A stretch of 64,000 nt of DNA from Sedimentisphaerales bacterium (lineage in GTDB: Bacteria; Planctomycetota; Phycisphaerae; Sedimentisphaerales; Anaerobacaceae). Below, in pieces: positions 43,299-52,768 of the stretch (position 1 is the first letter of the stretch; each line of letters begins with the position of its first letter). The translations under genes were made by a program, and so were the position numbers. The stretch covers positions 1,568,001 to 1,632,000 of the forward strand of contig OY970194.1 in assembly GCA_963708075.1 (NCBI GenBank), given 5' to 3'. The notes below the pieces were generated by a model, which searched no databases, was not told where the DNA came from, and saw nothing but the letters and a program-made list of their open reading frames with translations.

Positions 43299-45803
43299 TT
43301 ACCACCCTAACCCCAGGCAAGTGTACTGCCGCAATATCTTGACCTCGACCGCCTGGCTGAATGCGTCGGTACGTCCGTGCGGCATACGCCGGGCAAATTC
43401 CTTCTTGGCTATGAACAGCGCCTCGGCTGGTGGCTTACCTTGGGTGAGGGCAGCCCAGAAGGCATCGTGCATGGGCTTGCCGAAGTAGTCATAGGGTGGT
43501 TGCACCGGCGAGTAGTGTGATCCGGTGCAGCCGACGAATGCCAAGGCACCCGCCTGCAGGTAGGCAATCGCCACGGACGTTTCGGGCCCGCGAGGCCGCA
43601 GGGGCGTCCCGGGGCTAGCCTTCGACGCCGGCGGCGTCATCGCCAGCGCTCCCCAGCAACAGCCGGTGAAGACGACCACCCCGGCCGCCGCGCGTGGGAC
43701 GTTCTCGATGGCGAACGCTTCATAGGCCGCCCCGCCCTTCGTCTCCCCCCAGAAGCGAGTCGCGTCGCGAGCTGAGCCGTGCAGCATGAAGTAGACCGCA
43801 CCGGCGGCCCCTTCCGCCAGGACGTCCTCCGGCGCGAATACCTCGGACACCTCCAACCGGCCGCCTCTGCCGGGAAGGCTCGGGAAGACCGTGGTGGCGA
43901 ATGGCCGATGTACGTTGCGCACCCCGAACCTCGCACCGGAAGCAAACCGGCGAGCCTGAAGCGCGCCGAAGACGATATCGGACCGACGCCCATCAGGCAC
44001 ACGACTGACCGGCAAGTCGGGTATGAAGTCGCCATCCAGGTCCCCGTACAACTCATCGCTCCAGACGATGAAATCGTCCGCGTCCTGGCCATCGAAACCG
44101 GCGTCTTCCACCCTTTTGCGCAGTGTGGCATCCAACACGTCGAGCCGGTGTGCGGGAACCACATCGAACCCGCCAAGCAGCACGACGCCGGCATACTGGC
44201 CCTCTCGCAGCTTGGGCCGGACGATGTCCGCCGCATGCTCCGCGGTCTTCACCGCGGGGGGAAGGTCTACCACGCGAATCGACGGTGTTCTTTCCAACGC
44301 CCGGAACACCTGGGATGCCTCCAGACGCCCAATGTTGGTTTCCAGGGCCGCCCGCGAGGTGACAAACAACAGCTTCGGCAGAGGACGGTCGCCGCCCAAC
44401 CGCAGTACGCGAGCTTTGGCCAAAACGTCGGACTCAGGCGGCAACTGGGACTCACCCGGCTCCACACGGATCGTCAACGTCACTCCGCCGGCTCCCTGCG
44501 GTATGCGAGTGATGACCTCGATTGCCTCGCCATCACCGGCCCGCGGGACTCTGATCTCGCCGCCAACGGGCGACAGTCTGCGCACCTCGGCAACCACCGC
44601 TTGCGACTCAGGCTCGTCATAGGACGGGCTGACGCTGAAGTCATTCAGCCGACCCTTGCTCTTATTCATCTTGACCGTGCCGCGCTTCTCGACGGTGATG
44701 ATGCCGTTCCGGTCGGTCCGGGCAAAGGCCAACTGGTTCCTGCGGTCCTTCAGCAACTGGAGCACGCCTTCCTCCGGATGGGTGGGATCGTTGCGGCCCC
44801 CGCTGTGAGCGAACAGCTTCGTGGCGGACCAGTCACTGAGCAGAGCGTCATCCACGGCGTTGTAACTGCTATGGTGATTCAGCTTGATGAAGTCATAAGG
44901 GCCGGCATCCGCGATGCTCTGCCGCAAAGCATCCATCAGGGGGTCCAGGTCCGGCACTTCCGCCTTGGCGAGCTGCATATCACCGCCGAGCAACGCGGAC
45001 CATCCACCGGCTTCGAGCTTCAAGACGATGCTCTGGCCGTTCTTCGCGGCGCCCACTCCCGGCTGATCAGCAGCAAACTCGCCGGCATCCGCCATCCGGC
45101 GGGCCAGCAGACGGTAGGCCTCAGCCATCGCGGCGCTATCGGCGTCCGCTCCTATATCGTGCTGCGTCAGCGCCGCAACGAGGGCATCTGTCCCGTCCGT
45201 AATCGCCCGGGCGCACAACAGGAGCTGATCGTTCGTCGGACCCAGGATTTTCAGACCAAAGTCGGCGAACTCCGTTTCGATTTCCTGCACGGCGGAAGCC
45301 GGCGGCCGGCCGTAACGCACGATCTTGGTCCCCTGGTCCGCGAGCTGCTCCAGCATCCCGATGTACTTCTCTTCGAGGGTGACGTCCTCCGCAAGGAACT
45401 CCTCCAATTCGTCCTGAGGAAGATCGGAATAATCTTCTTCCTGGAGAGCGGCGATCAGCGCCCGCTGGGACGCAAGCAAGTCCAGTGAATCGGTGGGCCC
45501 CCTCCCTTGCGCGTCCCTCCCCCAGCCAAGCTGCTCATCAGCCACCAGTGCGGCCTTCGCGGTCAAGTCCCCCGTGGCGACGAGCGCCGGCAGGCAACCG
45601 ATGTGGTCGCTGTGGCAATGGGTGACGATCAGGAGATCGACTTCGAAGGGCGGTGCGTGGTCAAACAGCTTTCGGAGTTGTGAACGGATACTGGCGGTGT
45701 CCCCCGGATGACCACCATCGATCAGGATCGAGCGAGCCCCCCGGCGAACGAGCACGCAATCACCATATTTTACCTTTCCCATGTCCAACAGATCGATGCG
45801 CAT
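43299..45803 (-). CDS. ComEC-like metallo-beta-lactamase-fold hydrolase fused to a peptidase C25 (gingipain/caspase clan CD) domain
   Basis: N-terminal GDC..LIDGG..THCHSDHIG..GGD..KLNHHSS..HP; C-terminal LLGGFDVVP, SDELYGDLDGDFIPDLPVSRVP, YFMLHG, TGCCWG; no signal peptide. Confidence 0.8.
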   Translation of the reverse strand: MRIDLLDMGKVKYGDCVLVRRGARSILIDGGHPGDTASIRSQLRKLFDHAPPFEVDLLIVTHCHSDHIGCLPALVATGDLTAKAALVADEQLGWGRDAQGRGPTDSLDLLASQRALIAALQEEDYSDLPQDELEEFLAEDVTLEEKYIGMLEQLADQGTKIVRYGRPPASAVQEIETEFADFGLKILGPTNDQLLLCARAITDGTDALVAALTQHDIGADADSAAMAEAYRLLARRMADAGEFAADQPGVGAAKNGQSIVLKLEAGGWSALLGGDMQLAKAEVPDLDPLMDALRQSIADAGPYDFIKLNHHSSYNAVDDALLSDWSATKLFAHSGGRNDPTHPEEGVLQLLKDRRNQLAFARTDRNGIITVEKRGTVKMNKSKGRLNDFSVSPSYDEPESQAVVAEVRRLSPVGGEIRVPRAGDGEAIEVITRIPQGAGGVTLTIRVEPGESQLPPESDVLAKARVLRLGGDRPLPKLLFVTSRAALETNIGRLEASQVFRALERTPSIRVVDLPPAVKTAEHAADIVRPKLREGQYAGVVLLGGFDVVPAHRLDVLDATLRKRVEDAGFDGQDADDFIVWSDELYGDLDGDFIPDLPVSRVPDGRRSDIVFGALQARRFASGARFGVRNVHRPFATTVFPSLPGRGGRLEVSEVFAPEDVLAEGAAGAVYFMLHGSARDATRFWGETKGGAAYEAFAIENVPRAAAGVVVFTGCCWGALAMTPPASKASPGTPLRPRGPETSVAIAYLQAGALAFVGCTGSHYSPVQPPYDYFGKPMHDAFWAALTQGKPPAEALFIAKKEFARRMPHGRTDAFSQAVEVKILRQYTCLGLGW

Positions 45804-45973
45804 AGTCCCGCCTTTCTCCTCTCCGCTCATGTCCCGTCGAACTCTCCGAAGCACGGGCGGGGATGCACTGCGTCCAAGGATCCCGTCCTATGCTCTCACG
45901 CTGAATAATGTCTACGCCTATTGCTACGTTCCACATGCCGGCAACGTCGCGACCTCGTTCGCTTACGGTCGAG

Positions 45974-46002
45974 AACTTAGCACGGAGCCGCCGGCTTGTC
46001 AA
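45974..46002 (-). promoter_or_regulatory. Sigma70-like promoter (extended -10) for the MBL-C25 unit
   Basis: TTGACA-17 nt-TAAGTT with TG at the extended -10 position, just after a T-rich tract following the cupin stop. Confidence 0.65.
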
Positions 46003-46043
46003 TAGGGTCCAGAAAAAAAGAGAGACCGAGGCAGGAGTCCGGC

Positions 46044-46388
46044 TCAGGCGCCGGACATCGGGACAATGCAGAGGAATCGCAGGAGAGAATTGCCGGTGTT
46101 CTTGAAGCAGTGCTCGTCGTTGCCCGGGACGAAGATCACATCCTCTTTGGTCATCGGGTAGTCCTTGCCCTCGTGGACGAAGGTGCCGGCGCCTTCGAGG
46201 ATGAAGACCTCGTGCTCGTGCGGGTGGTGGTGCAAAGGAGTCTGGCCGCCGGGCTGGACTTCGAACATCCGCATGGCGAAATTCGGCGCGGCGTCGTCCT
46301 TGGAGATCAGCACGCGAATCGAGACCGCTTTGGCCCCTTCGACATTCACGGGCTTTTTGGCGATATTTGCACTCTTCTGCACCTTCAT
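46044..46388 (-). CDS. Cupin domain protein
   Basis: FAMRMFEVQPGG.TPLHHHPHEHE..HCFKN. Confidence 0.9.
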   Translation of the reverse strand: MKVQKSANIAKKPVNVEGAKAVSIRVLISKDDAAPNFAMRMFEVQPGGQTPLHHHPHEHEVFILEGAGTFVHEGKDYPMTKEDVIFVPGNDEHCFKNTGNSLLRFLCIVPMSGA

Positions 46389-46415
46389 CGGCAGTCCTTT
46401 CATCGGCAAGGTACT

Positions 46416-47879
46416 TCAACTGAGCTTCTTGCTGAGAATCTCGGCGGCGACTTTGGGATTGGCCTGGCCTTTGGTCTTTTGCATGACCTGGCCGAGCAGG
46501 AACCCGCGCGCTTTCTGGCTCTTCTTGCCGCCACTGGTGACATCGGCCACGGCGGCGGGATTGGCAGCCAGAATCTCATCGATGGTGGTCTCCAGCTCGC
46601 CGGCGTCGCTCTTCTGGACCAGGTTCAGCTCCTGTGCCAGGGCATCGGGCTTCTTGCCTGTCTCGACCATCGCGCCGAGGATTGTATTGGCGGCCGAGGC
46701 GCTGACGGCCCCGGCGTTCACCATCTTGGCCAACTCAGCCACGGCGCTCGGCCTCAGTCCCAGGCCGGGCAGATCGCGGCCGCGCTCGTTGGCGAGCTTC
46801 AGGCCGACCTGGGTGAGCAGGTTACACACGCGTTTCGGATCGCCGCCCTCGCGCACGGCCTGCTCGAAGAAATCAGCCGTCGAGCGGTCCCCCGTCAAGA
46901 CGCCCGCATCGTACTCGCTCAGGCCGTACTCGCGAACATACCGAACCTGTCTCTGCAAGGGCAGCTCGCAAAGACGCGAGCGAATCTCATCGAGCCATTG
47001 CGGCGTCGTGGTCACGGGGACAAGGTCGGGATCGGGAAAATAGCGATAGTCGTGAGCTTCCTCTTTCTCCCGCTGCAGGACCGTGGCCTCATGCTCGTCA
47101 TCCCAGCCGCGAGTGGACTTATTGCCCATCTGCATCGTGCGCCCGGTTTCGAGGAAGTCATCGAGCTGCCTGCGAACCTCGTAGGCGACGCTTCGCTCCA
47201 GGGCGCGAAAGCTGTTGAGGTTCTTGACCTCGGCAATCGGAGTCTTGAACTCCTGGCCCGCCCTTTCGATGACGAGGTTCACGTTCGGCTCGAAGCGCAT
47301 GTGGCCCTTCTGCATGTCGGCCTCGGAGATGCCGAGGTATCGCACGATCCGCTGCAACTCGACGGCCAAAGCCCGCACCTGCTCAGGACTGTCCATATCG
47401 GGTTCTGTGACGATCTCCAGCAAAGGCGTGCCGGCACGGTTCAGGTCCACCTGTGAGTAGTTGCCCGCCGTATGCAGGTTCTTGCCCGCATCCTCCTCCA
47501 GGTGCACACGCCGAATGCGGATTCGTTTCGTGGCCCCGCCCTCCAGCGGGATTTCGATATACCCCGGTCCGCCCAGGGGGAGATCGTACTGGCTGATCTG
47601 GTAATTCTTCGGCAGGTCCGGGTAGTAGTAACTCTTGCGGTCCCACTTGGTGAACTCGGCGACCTTGCAGTTCAGTGCCATCGCCGCAAGCATCGCGTAC
47701 TCCACGGCCTGCCCGTTCATCACCGGCAGCGCCCCCGGCATACCCAGGCACACCGGGCACACCCGGCTGTTGGCCTCCTCCCCAAAACTCAACGCGCAGC
47801 CGCAGAACATCTTCGTCCGCGTGCAAAGCTGCACGTGAATCTCCAGGCCGACAATCACGTTGTAGGACAGATCGCCCAT
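46416..47879 (-). CDS. gatB: Asp/Glu-tRNA amidotransferase subunit B
   Basis: GLEIHVQL, YYYPDLPKNYQISQ, HLEEDAGK, DYRYFPDPDL. Confidence 0.97.
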   Translation of the reverse strand: MGDLSYNVIVGLEIHVQLCTRTKMFCGCALSFGEEANSRVCPVCLGMPGALPVMNGQAVEYAMLAAMALNCKVAEFTKWDRKSYYYPDLPKNYQISQYDLPLGGPGYIEIPLEGGATKRIRIRRVHLEEDAGKNLHTAGNYSQVDLNRAGTPLLEIVTEPDMDSPEQVRALAVELQRIVRYLGISEADMQKGHMRFEPNVNLVIERAGQEFKTPIAEVKNLNSFRALERSVAYEVRRQLDDFLETGRTMQMGNKSTRGWDDEHEATVLQREKEEAHDYRYFPDPDLVPVTTTPQWLDEIRSRLCELPLQRQVRYVREYGLSEYDAGVLTGDRSTADFFEQAVREGGDPKRVCNLLTQVGLKLANERGRDLPGLGLRPSAVAELAKMVNAGAVSASAANTILGAMVETGKKPDALAQELNLVQKSDAGELETTIDEILAANPAAVADVTSGGKKSQKARGFLLGQVMQKTKGQANPKVAAEILSKKLS

Positions 47880-47880
47880 A

Positions 47881-47938
47881 TCGATTTACGATTTACGATT
47901 TTTGATTGATAATTTTCAACAATCAGAAATCAACAATC
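47881..47938. repeat. Heptamer (CGATTTA / AATCAAC) inverted repeat array between gatA and gatB
   Basis: cgatttacgatttacgatttttgattg...caacaatcagaaatcaacaatc; a similar run lies at 10091-10123. Confidence 0.6.
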
Positions 47939-49414
47939 TCACTTCACACTCTCCACAGGTCTTCTCGTGTGCCAACTCGTTCGGGCTTCGTACATGCGGG
48001 CCATCCGCAGCAGCTTGGCCTCGCTGAAGGCCGGCGTCAGGATTTGCAGGCCAATCGGCAGGCCGGCCCCGTCGAACCCGCATGGAACGCTGATTCCGGG
48101 AATGCCCGCGAGGTTGACCGCAATCGTGTAAATGTCCGACAGGTACATCTTCAACGGGTCGTCCACCTTCTCGCCGATCTTGAACGCCGTCGTGGGTGCC
48201 ACCGGCATCATTATGCAATCGCACCGCTCGAAGGCCCGGACGAAATCGCCCCGGATAAGGTTTCGCACCTTCAATGCCTTGAGGTAGTAGGCATCATAGT
48301 ACCCGCTCGACAATGCGTAGGTCCCGAGCATGATGCGTCGCTTGACCTCCTTGCCGAAGGCTTCTTCCCGTGATTTGGTGTAGACTTCGATGTAGTTGGC
48401 CGGATTCTTCGTGCGATAGCCGTAATGGACGCCGTCATAGCGGGCCAGATTGCTCGAAGCCTCAGCGGTCGCAATGACATAATAAGCCGCGATGGCGTAA
48501 TCCAGGTGCGGCATATCGACTTCGACGATCTCCGCGCCTGCATCGCGATAGCTGTTGATGGCCTTATTGATCGCGTCCTGGACCGCCGGCTCGGCCCCCG
48601 CGTTGAAGCCCGGAGCGACACCGATTCGGAGCCCCTCGACGGGCTCATCGAGCTTCTCCAGATAGTTGTCCACAGGCGCCAACTGCTCGTTCACGCTGGT
48701 ACTGTCCGCCGGATCATGTCCCGCGATCACGTTCAGGAGCATGGCCGCATCGGCCACCGTGCGAGTCATCGGCCCGACCTGATCCAGGCTGGAGCCGTAC
48801 GCGACCAGGCCGTAACGAGACACCCGCCCGTACGTGGGCTTGAGCCCGACGACACCGCAGAAACTGGCAGGTTGGCGGATCGAGCCGCCGGTGTCCGAGC
48901 CTAATGCGGCAAAGCACAGCCGGGCCGCCACCGCCGCCGCGGACCCACCGCTGCTGCCTCCAGGCACGCGCGACGTGTCCCACGGATTGACGGTCTTTCG
49001 CAGCCCCGAGTTCTCCGTGCTCGAACCCATGGCAAACTCGTCCATGTTGGTCTTGCCGAGGATAATCGCATCGGCGGCAACGAGCTTGCGGACCACCGTG
49101 GCATCATAGGGTGAGTGGAAGTTTTCGAGGATTCGAGAGCCGCAGGTCGTGGCGCCGAAGCTGGTGCACAGTACGTCTTTGATGGCGACAGGCACGCCGG
49201 CCAGCGGCCCGGCCGGTTCGCGTGCGGCAATCCGGCGATCTACATCCTTCGCAGCCTGCAGCGCCCTGTCACTGAATGTCGCCAGATATGCGCCGACAGT
49301 CGGGTCGATCCGGCGGATTCGATCCAGCACCGCCTGCGTCGCCTCCACGCTGCTGATCTGCCCGGCCGCAACCCGATCCCGCAACTCAATCGCTGTCAGC
49401 TCATCCACAGGCAT
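47939..49414 (-). CDS. gatA: Asp/Glu-tRNA amidotransferase subunit A
   Basis: GKTNMDEFAMGSS, PGGSSGGS, GSDTGGSIRQP, EVKRRIMLG. Confidence 0.97.
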   Translation of the reverse strand: MPVDELTAIELRDRVAAGQISSVEATQAVLDRIRRIDPTVGAYLATFSDRALQAAKDVDRRIAAREPAGPLAGVPVAIKDVLCTSFGATTCGSRILENFHSPYDATVVRKLVAADAIILGKTNMDEFAMGSSTENSGLRKTVNPWDTSRVPGGSSGGSAAAVAARLCFAALGSDTGGSIRQPASFCGVVGLKPTYGRVSRYGLVAYGSSLDQVGPMTRTVADAAMLLNVIAGHDPADSTSVNEQLAPVDNYLEKLDEPVEGLRIGVAPGFNAGAEPAVQDAINKAINSYRDAGAEIVEVDMPHLDYAIAAYYVIATAEASSNLARYDGVHYGYRTKNPANYIEVYTKSREEAFGKEVKRRIMLGTYALSSGYYDAYYLKALKVRNLIRGDFVRAFERCDCIMMPVAPTTAFKIGEKVDDPLKMYLSDIYTIAVNLAGIPGISVPCGFDGAGLPIGLQILTPAFSEAKLLRMARMYEARTSWHTRRPVESVK

Positions 49415-49422
49415 GGTCCAGG

Positions 49423-50190
49423 CTACTTGCTCCCCGCGTTCTTGCGATGACTCAGGAACCACTCATAGAGCTTGGGGTTGTTGTACGTTTCGGTCCAGGA
49501 ATCGTGTTGCGCCTCGGGATAGACGGTCAGTTGCGCATTGCCGCCGACACGCTTCAGGGCCTCCACCATATCCGTCGACTCCCGCAGCGGCACCACGGGG
49601 TCTTTTGCCCCATGAAAAACCCAGGCCGGCACGTTCTTGAGCCTGTCGGCCAGGAACCAGTCCCCGCCGCCGCAGATCGGTGCAATCGCGGCGAACCGCT
49701 CCGGATGCCGGCTAGCCAAGGCCCACGTGCCAAACCCGCCCATGCTCAGGCCCGTCAGGTACACCTGATTGGGGTCCACGGCATACCGGGACTGAATATC
49801 ATCGAGCAACGCGACGAGCGGATCGAGCACCTCCGTCCACCATGCCTGAATCGGACACTGTGGCGACACGATAATGAACGGGAATTCTCTCCCCTGCTCG
49901 ACGAGCTTCGGCGGACCGTGCTTCTTGACGACTTCGAGGTTATCGCCCCGCTCGCCCGCCCCGTGCAGGAACAGGATCAGCGGCCATTTCTGCTCCTTTT
50001 TCTCGCCGTAGCCCTTGGGCAGGTACAGCAGGTAGCGCAGACTCGCTGTCTTGGTTATTTCCTTCTCGAACATCTGCTCGCTTTGCCCCCCATTGCCGCT
50101 TGCTCGCTCAGCCGCCATGCTCCACCCCGACAGGAACCCGACCCCCAACACGGCAATCAACACCAGACATGCCGACCGAATGGCTTTCAT
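49423..50190 (-). CDS. Secreted alpha/beta hydrolase (phospholipase/carboxylesterase type)
   Basis: Signal peptide, FLHGAGERG, GLSMGG, HGAKD, HDSW. Confidence 0.9.
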   Translation of the reverse strand: MKAIRSACLVLIAVLGVGFLSGWSMAAERASGNGGQSEQMFEKEITKTASLRYLLYLPKGYGEKKEQKWPLILFLHGAGERGDNLEVVKKHGPPKLVEQGREFPFIIVSPQCPIQAWWTEVLDPLVALLDDIQSRYAVDPNQVYLTGLSMGGFGTWALASRHPERFAAIAPICGGGDWFLADRLKNVPAWVFHGAKDPVVPLRESTDMVEALKRVGGNAQLTVYPEAQHDSWTETYNNPKLYEWFLSHRKNAGSK

Positions 50191-50213
50191 ATTCCGTATC
50201 TCCCCTACCCGAT

Positions 50214-50519
50214 TTACGCAGAACTGTCTTCGAGAATTTTCGGCACCTTGAAAAAAGATTCGTCCCGCTGCGGCGCGTTGGCCAGGGTCTTCTCCGTTCC
50301 CAGCGATTGTTGCACCTCATCGGCTCGAAACACGTTGCTGATTGGCAGACAATGCGCCAAGGGCTCGACGTTGCCGGTGTCCAGCTCGTTCATCTTCTCG
50401 ACGTACTGAAGGATCGCCCCGAGTTGGCCGGTGAACTCCTCGATCTCCGCCTCGGTCAGTTCCAGCCGGGCCAACTTGGCCACCTTGCGGACCTGTTCTG
50501 CATCGATCCTTTGATCCAT
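50214..50519 (-). CDS. gatC: Asp/Glu-tRNA amidotransferase subunit C
   Basis: VRKVAKLARL..LANAP..FFKVPKIL. Confidence 0.95.
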   Translation of the reverse strand: MDQRIDAEQVRKVAKLARLELTEAEIEEFTGQLGAILQYVEKMNELDTGNVEPLAHCLPISNVFRADEVQQSLGTEKTLANAPQRDESFFKVPKILEDSSA

Positions 50520-50601
50520 ACGACCGCCCGATGTAAAGAAAAAGCGAGGCGTAAGAGGCCGCCCCGCTGGGAAAAGCAATCCTCAGACCCCGTCCGCCGG
50601 C

Positions 50602-50859
50602 TTATTCAGAGGCGGGCTTATAGTTGCGTTTGAGCGGCTTCTGGATCAGCCCCATGTGAATGGCCTTGGCCGATACCCGGACCCGGACAACCTTGCCATC
50701 TACGATGGCGCGGACCTTCTGGATGTTCGGCTTGAACTGCCTCTTGCTGATGCCGGTGACCTTCTTACCGACGCCGCCGAGCCGTTTCGCCTTACCACGC
50801 CGGGAGATGCTCCTCCCGAAGACCGTCTTCCTACCCGTAAAATAGCACTCTCTCGACAT
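50602..50859 (-). CDS. rpmB: 50S ribosomal protein L28
   Basis: MSRECYFTG..RRGKAKRLGGVG..KRQFKPNIQ. Confidence 0.9.
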   Translation of the reverse strand: MSRECYFTGRKTVFGRSISRRGKAKRLGGVGKKVTGISKRQFKPNIQKVRAIVDGKVVRVRVSAKAIHMGLIQKPLKRNYKPASE

Positions 50860-51095
50860 AAACTGCTCCTGCACGTTTTCTGCAACGAATCGTCGTTTGT
50901 CGTACAACCACTGGACCGCGGCCCCCTGCGAGGCGCGGAACCGGTATTTTACCCGACCACTGGCGTTTTGCAACAATTACCTGCCCCTTCAAATGAAAAA
51001 TCGTGCGTTTATCCCTGGTCGGAGCAGGACAAGGCGATGGCCCAAGGAGTCGGGACTTCTCCCACCGTTCACGAGATTCTCAGGGGTGAACCGCG

Positions 51096-52353
51096 TCAGG
51101 GCTGCCTGAAAGCACTCCTGCTGGTCACCGCCCCAGTGGCCCATAATCCTGCCGTGTCGGCCGCCATTTGCTCGGCGATCACCTCGTTGCCCCACTCGCT
51201 CAAGTGGCACCAGTCGATGAAGACAGGCTGCGGCACCTCAGCGAAGGTTCCGCAGAGGTTCTCGGAAGTCTCCTTCGTGTTCCACAGCATCCTCTTTCCG
51301 ACATACCAGCTCACAGGCACGCCGGCAAAACGGCTGCAGGCCTTCGACGCTCTTTCGTTGCGCCTCCTCGTAGGCGGTCAGATGCCCCTTGTCGAAGACT
51401 GTGGGCTGCCAATAGAAGAGTGTCTTGAAACCATAGGCCTCTCCCAAGGCCCTTATGATCCGCCTGTTGCTTTCGTAGATGGTCAGGATCTCTCGAAGCA
51501 AATCCTCCTTGCCGGATAGGGGATTGTTCATAGTGCCCCAATAGGCGGCGGCGGTATCCTGCCGGCCGCCCACACCAAGCCGGCGAAGGAGACCCCTGGA
51601 CAATCGTAGCACGGCGAGTCTCTCAACCGTTCTGCGCAGGAACACGGCTCGCAGGGATCGATAGCTGGTGGGTTGCGTCAGGTTGAATTCGTTCACCCGG
51701 TTATATTCATTATGAGGCAGCCCTGCGGCACGTTGCTGATAGGCCGAGTACATGTCGTTCACGCCGTCGTAGAAGATCACCAGATCCGGGATATTGCCTT
51801 TCCGCACCTCCCCGATCAGCGCAATGACTTCCTGCGTGCTCACGTATCCGGATTCCCCGAAGTTGGTCACCTCGGCCTCGATCCCCGTTTCCTCAAGTTT
51901 TCTGGCGAGGAAGGAGGGGATTGTGGCATCGTCCCTCACCCCTACCCCCCACACGGTTGAGCCGCCGAACACAAAGATGGACAGTCGATCAGCCCCCTGG
52001 TGGTCCTCATCGGCCCTCCACGTCCGCCGAATGCCATTGAGGTCGATATTGATGTACTGCCCCTGGTAGGGCTTTCGCCGCCAGTACACGTAGGACGACC
52101 ACCTGGTTACGGAGGACTCCTCGAATTCGCTGTAGTACTGATGCACCCAGGAGGCGCCGGCATAGGCATCCGCCCGGGCACGCCAATCCTGTGAAACCGG
52201 AGAAGCAGAAGGTCGGGCCCACCCCCTTATGGCATAGGCGAGCGACAGGGTGGTTTCGAGTACAAGCAGGAGCAGGAACGTTACTCCCAGAATGAGCCAG
52301 GCCTCTTTGGCCCGGGTGAGCACTCCTCCCATTTTCCCCAGCTTGCCTTTCAT
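51096..52353 (-). CDS. SGNH/GDSL-family membrane-anchored protein, frameshifted near 51260
   Basis: FGGSTVWG, NFG, DGVND, QP, then FIDWCHL in the other frame. Confidence 0.8.
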
Positions 52354-52768
52354 ACACGTCTCCTCAGTCCCGTCGGAGCACGGCGGATTCATAGGACAGT
52401 TTCACGTAGTCCGTCCAGCCTCTGCCGGATCGCCACAACTATACCCGGTGATCCGGCTCCGGGATTCTACGGATGACGAGTGAGCAGCGACTTGCAGTAA
52501 ATGGCTGCACTTGCACGGCCATAACCTCACCAGTCTATGCTAGCACCTCATGAAAGTTGCATCCGGAAATCCCTGATAAGTGGCTTCGGCGGCACGTTCG
52601 CTGCCTTAGCGGACCTCAAGGAAGTTCCTACTGGCTTGCATTCTTGCGGTCGATCCGCTATTCTATCCGTGAAAGTCCGGCTCCTGGTCCATTGCGGGTA
52701 GATGCGGGTGAACTTACCACGGACGGTCCGAGCTGGCAGATAGACGAATAGTCGCATCAGGAAACGAT

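Noticed and set aside
43779..47456. Long plus-strand ORFs 43779-45488 and 45996-47456
   Set aside because: Shadows of the MBL-C25 gene and of gatB/cupin; no motifs; typical of high-GC DNA.
52590..52670. Riboswitch upstream of the carbamoyltransferase
   Set aside because: Only a single tagcgga/tccgcta stem; no convincing aptamer consensus.
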